Position numbers and translations under genes: made by a program. A stretch of DNA of 64,000 nt from Squalus acanthias (taxonomy: Eukaryota), in NCBI GenBank assembly GCA_030390025.1, contig CM059429.1, positions 132,742,001-132,806,000 of the forward strand, written 5' to 3'. This document shows positions 24,857 through 36,274 of the stretch, one piece after another. Each line of letters begins with the position of its first letter. The stretch's first letter is position 1. Below the pieces are notes generated by a model. The model was not told the origin of the DNA, ran no database searches, and worked only from the letters and a program-made list of their open reading frames with translations.

Positions 24857-25647
24857 TCTGGGTGTTATAGTATATCACTCAATAAAGGTTCATGATCAAT
24901 GCCGTGACGCTATAACTACAGCAAACAGGTTTCTAGGTTGTATTCACAAGACAATTCTCTACAGAACAAGTATACTATTTTGTCCTTGTACAAGACCTTA
25001 GTTAGAATACTGTGTCCAGTTTTAGTCTCCTGGTGGGAAATATTGAGGCTTTTGGAAAGGGTTCAGAGAAGGGCCAGAAGATTAATTCCCAGTTTAAAAC
25101 ACCTTCTTACCTAGATAGGCTCAAAGAGCTGGGTCTGTATATTTTAGAAAAGTACAGACTTGGGTAATTTGACTGAGGTTTATAAAATAATGAAGGGACT
25201 AGATTATGTTTGCGTGGACCAATTATTTCAACTGGATAGATTAGGAAGGACCACAGGTCACGCTTGCAAATTATGTATGGGCAGATCTAGGTTGGATGTT
25301 AGACAGCTCCTCTTTTTCCAGAGAATAGTGTACCTATGGAACAGGTTGTGGCTTGTGTGGTGAACACTGATTTGCTGTATAGAGCTAGACCTGTATCTGA
25401 CTGGGGCACAGATCACCACATAAAAGTGGTAGGTACCCAGTAATCTAATTAAGGGCCAGTGTGATCTCCTGCACTAGTTTCGATTCCCTAATTGGCTTGG
25501 GTTTTTATTTGGTTTCTTGCCTCTCCCAGGAGATTACATGGCTGGCTAGATCATGATGCATAAGGCACCACAACTGTATGGTACAGACGAGATGGATCAG
25601 TGGGTCTTTTGCAGTCCCTCATTTTAGTATGTTTGTATATATTGAAC

Positions 25648-25758
25648 AGTAGTGCTGTGGTTATGTTACATGGACTAGTAACCCACCAGACTTGGGCATA
25701 ATCCAGAGAACGTGAGTTCCAATCCCACCATGGCGGTTTGAGAATTTGAATCAAGTTT
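25648..25758 (+). mobile_element. SINE family C tRNA-like head fragment
   Basis: GTGGTTATGTTACATGGACTAGTAA..GAGTTCCAATCCCACCATGGC; matches the reverse of 55640-55725. Confidence 0.7.
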
Positions 25759-25759
25759 T

Positions 25760-25972
25760 AGGGTTGTGAATCTTTGGAATTCTTTACCCGAAAGGGCTGT
25801 GGATGCTTAATCATCGAGTATATTCAAGGCTGAGATAGATAGAGAAATCAAGGGATATGGGAATTGGGCGGGAAAGTGGAGTTGAGGTTGAAGATCAGCC
25901 ATGATCTTATTGCATGGCGGAGCAGGCTCGAAGGACCGTATGGCCGACTCCTGCTATTAATTCTTATGTTAA
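25760..25972 (+). mobile_element. HER1-type CR1 LINE 3' end
   Basis: AGGGTTGTGAATCTTTGGAATTCT (RVVNLWNS)..GATCAGCCATGATC..CTCCTGCT..TTCTTATGTT; closely matches the reverse of 41806-42035. Confidence 0.9.
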
Positions 25973-25974
25973 GT

Positions 25975-26700
25975 TCTCATATTTCCCTTTTAAAATCTAT
26001 TATGGATTCTGCTTTCAACATTGTTTCTGGTGTGCCATTCATTCCATGATCCAGCAAAGCCTCTGAATTAAAAAATTCTCCCAACCTCTCCCTTCATTCT
26101 TTTGGTGGAGATCTTAAACTTGTGCCCTCTAGTTACTGTCTCACTGACCAGTGGAATTAATTTTCCTATTTATCTTCTCAAAATCCCTTAATTGTGAATA
26201 CCGCTATCAAATTTCATCTTAAGTTTCATATTACAGTGAAAATAAAGTTATGTCAGTATTCATCCCATAAATACAGCGACTAATCCTGATCTGATCAAAT
26301 CTCTTAAGTACCCTCTCAATGGCCTTGACTTCCTTCCTAAAGTATGATGCTCAAAACTGGATACAATATACTAACTGTGGGTTTGGCATTACAGATACCT
26401 CTTAGCTATTCTACTCTCTGCCCAATTTATAAAACTGGGATGCCAAATGCCTTTTTCTTAAAAACAAGACAGCTTCATCAGTTTGTCCTTCCACTCTATA
26501 CTCTTCCATTCTTTAAGTGTTACTATTTAGTGTATACTTTCTTTCCCTTTTTTTCAACCCAAAGTGCATCATCTTAATAAATTTCAGACAATATCTATCT
26601 GTCCAATCTCTCTATGCCTCCTGAAGTTGCTTATAGACTTCTTTGGTTAATTATACATCCTTTTCTTGTGTTGTCTGCAAATTTTGATGTGCCTGTTAAA
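25975..26700 (-). mobile_element. Old, degraded CR1 LINE (ORF2 C-terminal part)
   Basis: Reverse strand gives TSKFADNT near 26690-26667, plus decayed thumb-region and 3' CR1 sequence. Confidence 0.7.
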
Positions 26701-27401
26701 CATTCCAGTTTGCCATAGATACCATCTGAGGTTCAGTGGCATCAATCGCTCCTGTAATTAGTATGAGCATCTTACTTTATGGGAGTTAACTCACACTGCC
26801 TCATATCTACTTGTATGATAGTGTAAGCCAGGATTCAACAATAGTATCCCCTTGTAACCTGAATTGGATATTTGTGTCTTTTGCATGAGTACTTCTTCAA
26901 TCTCTCCAAAAGTGGACCAAGCAAACAGTTGGCATGAGGCCTGATATAAATCAATAAGCTGCTATATTTCACATTAAGGTGAACATACAGAATGAGAGTT
27001 ACCACCGACCAGACTCACTTAATTCAAACAGTACAACTTATCATTGCATTATGATACAAAATGAAGAACATGCCATGCTTCCCCATGTCAGTGGGTTTTC
27101 TTACTGGACTTAAGCAAGGTGATTTCTAACGGTTCCTCTGGCATTTCTGACCTCTGTCTCAGCTAAAGCCCTCACAGCTTTCTCTTTAAGAACATAACCG
27201 CTTGTGCAGCATCTAGTTTCAAATAATCTCTGTCCACCTGTGTCATAAAGTCTGTATTATCACCCTCTGTTCACTGCCAAAAAAGGGAAGAATGATTTCA
27301 CAACACAATGAGTGAGATGTTTTCCAATTGCTAAGACAGTCTAACTAGTCTTTTATTTCTGTACTGTCTATGGGGGAACATCAATATCAGCTTATTAACA
27401 T

Positions 27402-27570
27402 TCAAAATCCTGGAACTCCATACCTAACAGCACTATGGGAGCACCTTCACCACACGGACTGCAGCGGTTCAAGAAGGCGGCTCACATCACCTTCTCAAGG
27501 ACAATTAGGGATGGACAATAAATGCTGGCCTTGCCAGCGACACCCACATTCCATGAATGAATAAAGAAAA
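27402..27570 (+). mobile_element. 3' tail of a CR1-group LINE (same family as 36275-37385)
   Basis: TCAAAATCCTGGAAC..CACACGGACTGC..CAATTAGGGATGGACAATAAATGCTGGCCTTGCCA, near-identical to 37221-37385. Confidence 0.9.
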
Positions 27571-27571
27571 C

Positions 27572-28739
27572 TGCCTCCCCTCTGCTCTCCAGCTGGGTGG
27601 GACTGCTCTCGTCTGGTTCCATTCTTAACTATCCAGTCGGAGCCACAGAATCACTTGCAATGGCTTCTCTTCCCCCTCCCACACTGTTACTTCTGGAGTC
27701 CCCCAAGGATCTATCCTTGCTGCCCTCCTATTTCTCATCTATACGCTGCCCCTCGGCAACATCATTTGAATACATGTCAGGTCCCACATGTACGCCGATG
27801 ACACCCAGCTCTACCTCACCACCACCTCACTCAACGCATCCGGTGCCTCTGATTTGTCACGTTACTTGTCCAACATTTAGTATTGGATGAGCAGAAATTT
27901 CCTGCAATTAACTATTGGGAAGACCAAAGCCATTGTCTTTGGTCCCCGCCACAAACTCCGTTCCCTAGCCACTGACTCCATCCCTCTCCCTGGTCACTGT
28001 CTGAGGTTGAACCAGACTGTTCGCTACCTTGGCGTCCTATTTGACCCTGAGTTGAGCTTCCAATCCATATCCTCGCCATCACCAAGACTGCTAACTTCCA
28101 CCTCTGTAACATCGCCCATCTGCGTCCGGCCTCAGCTCATCTGCTGCTGAAACCCTCAATGATACCTTTGTTACCTCTAGACTTGACTGGTCCAATGCTC
28201 TCCTGGCCGGCCTCCCACCTTGCACCCTTGTAAACTTGAGCTCATCCAAAACTCTGCTACCTGTATTCTGACTCACATCAAGTCACGCTCACCCATCACT
28301 CCTGTGCTCGCTGATCTGCATTGGCACCCGGTCTAGCAATGCCTCAATTTTAAAATTCTCATCCTTGTTTTCAAATCCCTCCATGGTTTCGCCCCTCCTT
28401 ATCTCTGTAACCTCCTCCAGCCCTATAACCCTGCGAGATCGCTGTGCTCCTCCAATCCTGGCCTCTTGCGTATACCCTATTTTCTTTGGCGGCTGTGGTT
28501 TCAGCTGCCTAGGCCGTAAGCTCTGGAATTCCCTCCCTAAACCTCTTCACCTTGCTACCTTTCTTTCCTCCTTGAAGACACTCCTTAAAACCTACCTCTT
28601 TGATAAAGATTTTGGTGCCCTGTCCCAATATCTCCTTATGTGACTCGGTGTCAAATTTTGTTTGATAATCATTCCTGTGAAGCGCCTTGGGATGTTTTAC
28701 TACATTAAAAGGCACTATGTAAATGCAAGTTGTTGTTGT
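27572..28739 (+). mobile_element. L2 LINE, 5'-truncated
   Basis: GVPQGS, MYADDTQLY and WMSRNFLQL motifs (frameshifted); 3' end TAAATGCAAGTTGTTGTTG. Confidence 0.95.
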
Positions 28740-28867
28740 ACATTTCCAGCCTTTTTAAAAAAAAAACTTGCATAAATGCATTTTGCTTTAAAACAGAATA
28801 TTTAAAGTAATCCTCTTTCCAAATCCTTGTTTGTGGAAAAATTATCAAAGATCCCAAAGCATGACAG

Positions 28868-29750
28868 TGAATCCAGATCACTTATATGTATTGAGAAGAG
28901 CAATGGGGCCGAACACTAACCCCTGGGGACACGACTGTTTACATCCCTATTGCTCCAAAAGATAATTACAAATCTCTGTTTTCTGTCCTTGAGCTAATTT
29001 CCTATCCATGCTCCCACATCTTCTTTGATATCATGTGCCCTAATTTATCAAGAAGCCTCCAATGTGGCGCTATATCAAACATCTTCTGACAGTCCATATA
29101 CACACCATCCATTTTATTTCATTTATCAATACAGCATTATTTCCTCAAAGAATTCTATTAAATGGCAGGCATGATGTGTGATTTACAAATCCATGCTAGC
29201 AGTCCTGAAGTAACCCATGTCTTTGAGTATCAACTGTATCCCGTATTATAGCCTCTAGAAGTTTACCCAATATTAATGTTAGGTTCACTAGTCTATAGTT
29301 CTCTGGTTTATCCCTTTCTCCCTTCTTGAATAGAGGTGTAATGTTGTGTCTTCAGGCATATCTGGGGATGTTTGAGAGATTATGGTTAGAACCTCTGCTA
29401 TTTCTGCTGACTTCCCTCATCATTCTAGAATGTGTGTCATCAGAGTCCAGTACCTTTTCCAGTTTGAGCTACACCAACTTTTTCAGTAGTGCTTCGTAGC
29501 TATCCTATTTAATTTCTCTACCTCCTCCTCTTGTATCCTTGCATTTCCATGATCACATTCTGCTGTGAAAACCAAGGCAAAGCAGTCATTTAGTAACTTC
29601 ACCACTCCTTCATCCTCCATGAGATTTCCCTCACCTTTTACTATTTCCCTTTGTTTCCTGCAAGTCTTTTTTCATACTCCCTCTTAGTCTTTCTAATGTT
29701 TTTGCTTCCCTATATATTTTCTATACTCTGCTTGATTGTCTTCTGTATTA
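28868..29750 (-). mobile_element. Old, degraded CR1 LINE (RT N-terminal part)
   Basis: Reverse strand has PQG..GPLLF..ISDLD (frameshifted) near 28925-28870, VYMDCQKMFD near 29100 and NYRLVNLT near 29300. Confidence 0.75.
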
Positions 29751-30960
29751 CTAGCCTCTAAATCGAATTGTCATGCAGGGTACCTCTTATCTTAATGCAG
29801 ACATTTCTCTCAAGAATCCTCTGTGGGTTGAAATACTGTGCCATTTGGCCTCAAATAATCTTTCTTTCATCAAGCAGTCATCACACCACTTTGAATATTT
29901 AGCTCCGTGGCTGAGTATAAATGTTCTTAACATGCTTCCAAATTAATTGCCGGCAATTATACAGAAAGAAATTCTACCCTCTCTACTTGAATTATCTACA
30001 GAAATGTGTAGCTGTACAACTACCATCAAGTGCTTGAAGAGAGCCTATTTACAACATTTATCAGATTTTTAAAAAAGTAGATCCGGTCATATTATCAGAC
30101 CTTGCAACAATGTATAATTTATCAAAATATATATGTTTAAAAAAAATATATAACAGACAGAATACAATTCATTCAATGGAAGTTAACATATCCCCAAATA
30201 CAAGCACCAATTCCACTGGCAAACCAGTCTTGTGAACAAACCTATATAATTTGTTGTAATTAATTCCAAAATCAGGTTATTTATACAAGCACTAAAAATA
30301 TTGTAAACTAATATTTACTTTTATTATGAACATGCTTGCTTTTTAATGAACACCCCATATTCCAGACAATGACCACACTGTCAACTTTTTTTGAATGGTA
30401 TTTCTAATCAGTAATCAGCCTTTTTATTGCACACAACCAAGCCAACACGTCTGTAATCGATCGACAAACCAAGCCCTAAACATAATATACATCTATGCAA
30501 TATTATGAAAACTTTATATATGTACAGACTCTGTCCATCACACACTTTCAACACCACACGTTATTTAATATAAGTTTCTGCCTCACACTTGAAAAGTATA
30601 AAGAAACAAAGACAAACATTTGGAATGTACAGACAAACTCTCCAGTAACAGAACATACTGAAGCCACAATGTCCCTCGCCTCTTAATTCGCTGGTGTATG
30701 AACTCACCCCAGGTTTATTTATCAATTAGACTTTGTTGCCTTAAAAGGGACACAATTCTACACTTTTTGCAACAGAATAATACATTTTGTTTTACACGAT
30801 GCAATCTTCCGGTCATTATAAAACAACCGACTTGCTGTGAGTAGCACCACGGGGGATTTGCTTATGTATAAAAAAAGTCTTGTGTCTAATCATCATATTT
30901 TGTTGCCGATGCAAAACAATCTTAGGTGAAAAAAAAAGTAAAAAAGCAAGGGATTTCAAC

Positions 30961-31340
30961 AATACAAAAGCAAAATACTGCGGATGCTGAAAATCTGAAA
31001 TAAAAACAGAAAATGCTGGAAATTCTCAGCAGGTCAGGCAGCATCTGTGGAGAGAAATATGGTACAAGAGGAGGAGTTAGAGAAATTAAATAGGATAGCT
31101 AGGAAAGAACGAAAGGGAAGGTCTGTGATAGGGTGGAAGGCAGGAGAGATTAAATGACAAAGGGGATGATGGTGCAAGGCATAAGGAGATGGTAATGGGA
31201 CAAGTAAAGAAACAAAAGATGGGTCTAGAGGAGGTATAAATGGGAATAGCAGAATCATCAGCAACAGCTGCCGTCCGAAAAAAATGGGGGCGGAAGTTAT
31301 GATCTGAAATTGTTCAACTCAGTGTTGAGTGGCTGTAAAA
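30961..31340 (-). mobile_element. Penelope-like element 3' end / terminal repeat
   Basis: Reverse strand ends QPLNTELNNFRS*, resembling a PLE GIY-YIG C-terminus, followed by a UTR homologous to 33190-33330 and the terminal CACAGATGCTGCCTGACCTGCTGAG..CCAGCATTTTCTG block; the ribozyme core is replaced in this copy. Confidence 0.75.
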
Positions 31341-32056
31341 ATTTCAAGATTGATTCTTCTAACCTGCATTCTTAAATTTACAATTAGCTTCAATTATCTA
31401 TTTATGCTACTTCTCCACACAGAGTACTTCAGCAGTGGCCTTAAAAGGGACACTCCAGGTTGGCAGCTAGACTTTACAACTGTGCTCCTGATGTCAAAAA
31501 AGTTAAGAGCAATGCCACATGGGATCTGTTAGGAATTAAATAATTATTAAGTCAAGAAAAGTTCATGCTGCCTGCCACTTGAAAGCAAAATTGAAAGAAA
31601 CATGAGTGTTACAAGGAAAAGAAGAAGCCAAATTAGTAACAGCATAATCACAATCCTAATGCAGTTGAACTAAATGTGTAAATATGTCTTTGCTTTGTTT
31701 AATTGAGATAAATTTAAAAGTACTTACTGATCCAGACATCATGGAATATAAAAGTTTCAGGATAAATTGAAAATTAAAGACTAACATTGAAATGTAAATG
31801 ACTCATAGACAATGCTGTAATCCTCAATATCTAGATGAATCTCTCTTCCACAAGTAAGTGCAACCATGAAGCCACCTCGCAAACTGATGCTGTGTGCCCC
31901 CAATTTAACCGTTTACGTGGGAATGTCTCAAGCCATTACTTGTAAAAAGATTCTTCGCAATTTTATCTCCCCCTTCTGATATTTTTAACTATTTGCTGGG
32001 TTCAGTACCATTGGCACTGATGTCATCCAGTTCGGCTCCCCATTCTTCCTATGTGG

Positions 32057-32380
32057 ATCTCCAATCTCCCTTTCTTCTCCAAAGTCCTTGAACATGTGGT
32101 TACCTCTCAAATCCATGCAGATCTTTCACTTAATTCCCGTTTGAATCTCTCTGTAGATGATGTCATTAAGGGGCAGCATGTAGATGAGGAAGAGGAGGGT
32201 GCCAAGGATAGATCCCAACATGCTGGAATAGAGAAGGGCCATTGGAGGAGGATGGTGTGGTTGACCATATCAAAGATTGCAGAGAGATTGAGGATGGTAA
32301 GGAGGGATAATGCAGCACAGTGAGACTTTGGCTGGGGCCAGCTTGATGCTGTGGCAAGGGCAGAAACCTGATTGGAGAGA
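32057..32380. mobile_element. L2 LINE fragment with internal inversion
   Basis: Plus strand 32057-32151 encodes ISNLPFFSKVLEHVV..FESL; minus strand from 32380 continues SLQSGFCPCHS through to IYMLPL. Confidence 0.75.
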
Positions 32381-32382
32381 TT

Positions 32383-32545
32383 AATTTCCCCTCCCTAAGC
32401 CAGCAGTACTGAGGCCTATTACAGAATTCTACTTTTTGCAGGCTGACATCATCTGACTCAGCACAGACCAAAGATCAAACCAGGGCCCTTCCCTGTTTGT
32501 GTGGCTTAGTTACTCACTGTGTAAACCTGTTTAGTCATTGAGCAA
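32383..32545 (-). mobile_element. SINE family B head fragment
   Basis: ACTCAGCACAGACCAAAGATCAAACC..CCTTCCCTG..GGCTTAGTTACTCA; homologous to 43770-43910. Confidence 0.65.
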
Positions 32546-33149
32546 GCTGCAGCCATAACTTTTTTCATTCTGTATCAGTGCAGTACATATGATGTCATAT
32601 ATGTATTTGTTAAAAAATAGATTTTAACATAGTGGGAAAATATGGCTGATTGTGTCCCCGTCAGTAGTTAGTTTGGATTAAGGATTTGCTGCTAGAACTA
32701 GAATATAAGTTGTAACATTGGGCCACTCAGTCTAGCTGAATTATTAAAAAGTATGTGATATACATCCAATAATTTATTGAGTTATCCTGAGCACTATGTT
32801 ATCTTCAGCTCTGGAAGGGAGTTAGATATATTACAGTTGTGGTTGCCCTATTCACAGTGGTGAGCATCTCGAAACTGCAATTGTATGCGTCCTTTGGTCC
32901 TTAATCTGTACTTCTGCCTTTAAAGCAAGGTTTAAAATGAGAAAAGTTGAACTAATATCTTGGGTCTTAAAACTTTAGATCTTAACCACCACTCCCATTT
33001 TCTCCTGGACTGCGGGTGCTGGTAATGAATGATGGCTACACCAGAGTCACTGGGAGTGGAGGTGTGGGCTGGTGCTTGGGGTGTGGACTGCACCTTAACC
33101 TTCCTTCTGCCACATTCCCGGGCTACAGCAGCCTTCTCCTCTTGGCCAG

Positions 33150-33497
33150 ATTTCCCATGCTTCCCTCCCCCTGTGCTATTTGGCTGTAACGATTTACACC
33201 TCCTCTGGACCCATCTTTTGTTTCTTTACTTGTCTATTTACCACCTCCTTTTGTCTTGCACCATAATCCATTTTGGCATTTAATGACTCTTGCCCTCCAT
33301 CCTATCACAGACATTCCCCTTTGTTCTTTTCCTGCCCCCTCCCCTTTTCCCTGGCTCTCTATTTGCTTAAAAGCAGCTCATCACTAATGTCTTCCAGTTC
33401 TGAAAGGTCATTGATCCAAAACGTTAACTCTGTTTCTCTCGCCACAGATGCTGCCTGACCTGCTGAGTGATTCCAGCATTTACTGGGTTTTATTTTT
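33150..33497 (+). mobile_element. Penelope-like element terminal repeat with decayed hammerhead core
   Basis: Homologous to 30961-31340 in the opposite orientation; core AGTTCTGAAAGGTCATTGATCCAAAACGTTAACT at 33396-33429. Confidence 0.75.
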
Positions 33498-34134
33498 GGA
33501 TATTTCTCTCTCCCTCTCCCACATATCTTATTACTTTACACTTAAATGTGGAAAGCCAAAATTGCTGCTGCATGATTTCTGATCCTACTTGGAATCTTGA
33601 ACCACCTCCTTACTTATAAAGTTGACCTCTGTTACATTGTCTGATTATGTGAGATCATATCTGTATTAGGTAATCTTGCAGAAGGGCTGTCCATTCTGTT
33701 GGCAGAAACAAGCTTGTTTATCTGCGAGCTTGTGTACTGAGAGGCAAGGTATCGCAGAGTGCTGTATCTGTCGTTAAATAGTAAAAGGAAATATCCTCTT
33801 GAAATTCAGTCCCTCAAGGAATAATTTTTCCAGGAAGCTCAGCTGAAGAGAGAAGAGGAGCCTGGCTTTAGCATTTACTAGGACTATTGTCAGAAAACCA
33901 TTATGATGTGAGGCACACAGATTGCAGGGTTTGTTTGAAAGCGATGTATGAAAACAAGTGACTCTTGGCATTGGGAAAGTCTCTGGTATTGACAATAATC
34001 TCTGAATGCTAAGATTTTACAAGATTACAACTGGTATTTCTAAATTTACTAAGAAACTTGACTGTTGAAAAGTAGATTGTACTCCCAAATTGCTCTGAGT
34101 TAATGTATTGTATGGTATGGTACTGGTTGTGCAC

Positions 34135-34425
34135 AACTGGAAATGCCTCAGGTTTGACCCCTTGTCTGTACTGATCAGCAGGGCGGCAGTAGGGATGGTG
34201 AAATTTGCCTCAAGGTGGGGGGGGGGGGGGGGGGAAGGTAATCAGCCAGCTCCTGGTCGCTATCCAGTGATTCCTGTTGGAAAATGAGTGTATGGTTGCA
34301 GATGAGGACAGAAATAGGCTTGGTTGTTTTGTCCCCTCTCATCTCCCCAGGTGATTGAAAAACTTGCTGAACCTCACATATTAAGAATGGCCACTTGGAT
34401 GAGATTTTTGAGATGCTCCAGCAGT
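34135..34425 (+). mobile_element. SINE family B, degraded
   Basis: CAGGTTTGACCCC..CGCTATCCAGTGA..GAGGACAG..AAGAATGGCCACTTGG. Confidence 0.7.
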
Positions 34426-35221
34426 TGTGAATATGTTCCTCTGTGTATATCAAACATTAGGGAGAGAAACGTAAACAGAGAATTGTAAAAAAAAACCTTC
34501 ACGATTGACGGTATATAGTTTATCTGCCACTGTTCTCAAAGGGTCCTCTGATTAAGGGTAGGGATAAATGTGGTACCATTTCAGCTAATATTGGTAGTCA
34601 GTAGTAAACATCCTCAGTACCTCAAAACAGGCATGTCGAAGGACTGGTAGACATTTTTTTTGCTACTGTAAAGCAGACATTTCTGAGCTCCTATCTTACT
34701 TGCACTAGGAATAATACATTTTTTTTTAAATGCTATAATCTTTTACCTCCAATTCTCCCCTGTCTAGTCTCTCAGGCTGCATTGCTTAGACTGCAGCTGA
34801 GAGAATGGGCAGCTGACAATATGCTACGCATATCTCCAAAGCTGATCTGTGGTTGCCTGATGGGACATATTGAAACGTAATTAGGGCAAGTTATTTCAGG
34901 CACTGTGAAATCCTGAGACAAACCCCATAAATTTCTATGTTTGCTGGATGTAGCACAACACGCTGCTCAATTACCGCATGTTTGCATAAAAAGTCCCGAG
35001 TCAGTTAAAGTGCTAGTTTCTGAGCCGATCCAAATGACAACAAAACATTTGCTTTAAACATGATACAAGGTGAAACCCTTGCTAGTTTTCCCTGTTTATA
35101 ATAGCAACTCACTTTACCTTCATTTAGTGTTATGGGCGTTTTCTCAAGCAAGACTAAAACTCACCTTCTGGTAGAATCCCGAGTGCAAGGGAGGGAGGGA
35201 AGGAAGGAAGCCAGTCAACAA

Positions 35222-35325
35222 ACTAGCATTTATATAGCACCTTTCATGTCTTCAAGATATCCCATTGCGCTTCACAGCCAATAATTTTTTGTTTTGCAGT
35301 GTAGTCACTATTATTATCTAGGCAA
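35222..35325 (-). mobile_element. Deu-SINE (SacSINE1-like) tail fragment
   Basis: GCATTTATATAGCACCTTTCA..CTTCACAGCCAAT..GTGTAGTCAC; reverse of the tail at 45425-45520. Confidence 0.7.
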
Positions 35326-35792
35326 ATCGACTGACAACATAATTGTAACTTAAATCTGAAGTCCATGGCAAAGCACACTAACATGTTACAATACTGGATA
35401 TGTAGCATGGTATATTCTTTGGGAGTGACAAAGCAATTTTACATGATTTTGGCAAATGTTTATATTAAGACTTCAGTCCGAGAGTCATCCATCTGATATA
35501 ATCCTGGAACTTTGTGTAACTATACTTTCTTATACATATTTTATTCATTAAGTTGAAAACCAAATAAATTAGCCCAGTGTAAATGATTAACTAGATACTA
35601 ACCCTAAACAAGTATGTTTTAACCTAACAGACAAGGTTGGGCACCCAAATGAAGGGTCACATCTGTACTTGCAATGTTAGCTCTGCTATCCACGAATATG
35701 TAATCTGCCTACAACATCCTTAAAATATGTGAGGATAAAATATTTTCCAACTTCATGCAATCTCCAAAAGAGAATAATAGACTGGTAATAGG

Positions 35793-36272
35793 TTAATTAT
35801 TCAGAGTGACTGCTGCCAACGAACCGGAAGCTGCGCAGAAGAATTCTGCGCATAAATGTTAACTTTCATAAGCCGATAGAAACACCAATGCAACTTTTAA
35901 TTTTTCTTTTCGGCTCAGTTCAGCAGCACATAAATGTTAACTTTCATTCATTCGGCAGCGCGTAGATGTTAACTTTCATACGCCTGACGCGGCTCAGTTC
36001 GGCAGCGCATAAACATTATAATTTCATAAGCCGATAGAAACACAAATTCAACTTTTAATTTTTATTTTGTTCTGACTCGGCTCAGTTCGGCAGCAGCGGT
36101 CTCTTTTCCCCGCTCTCTCTCTCTCTCACCAATCTGTGGGAGGTCCGGCGAGAACAACCAAAAATCCACTTGAGCTGCGCATGTACAACTACATTATTTA
36201 ATTGGCAGCAGTCACGTCCTTAATTATTAGGGCACTAGGGCACCAAGGAGCCCTAGTGCCCCAATTCTTTCT
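35793..36272 (+). mobile_element. Candidate non-autonomous Helentron-associated (HINE/DINE-1-like) element
   Basis: Perfect 14-bp inverted repeat GTGACTGCTGCCAA (35806-35819) / TTGGCAGCAGTCAC (36202-36215); hairpin at 35832-35852; internal shuffled tandem repeats; (CT)n; 12-bp stem-loop at 36230-36261; T-rich flanks. Confidence 0.5.
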
Positions 36273-36274
36273 TT

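Larger units (their letters stand above)
23488..25640 (+). mobile_element. CR1 LINE ORF2 (RT) relic with 3' UTR, interrupted by two nested SINEs
   Basis: Motifs [45 protein letters not shown] and LTEVYKIMKGLD with many frameshifts and stops; ERDLGV is split at 24310/24857. Confidence 0.92.
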
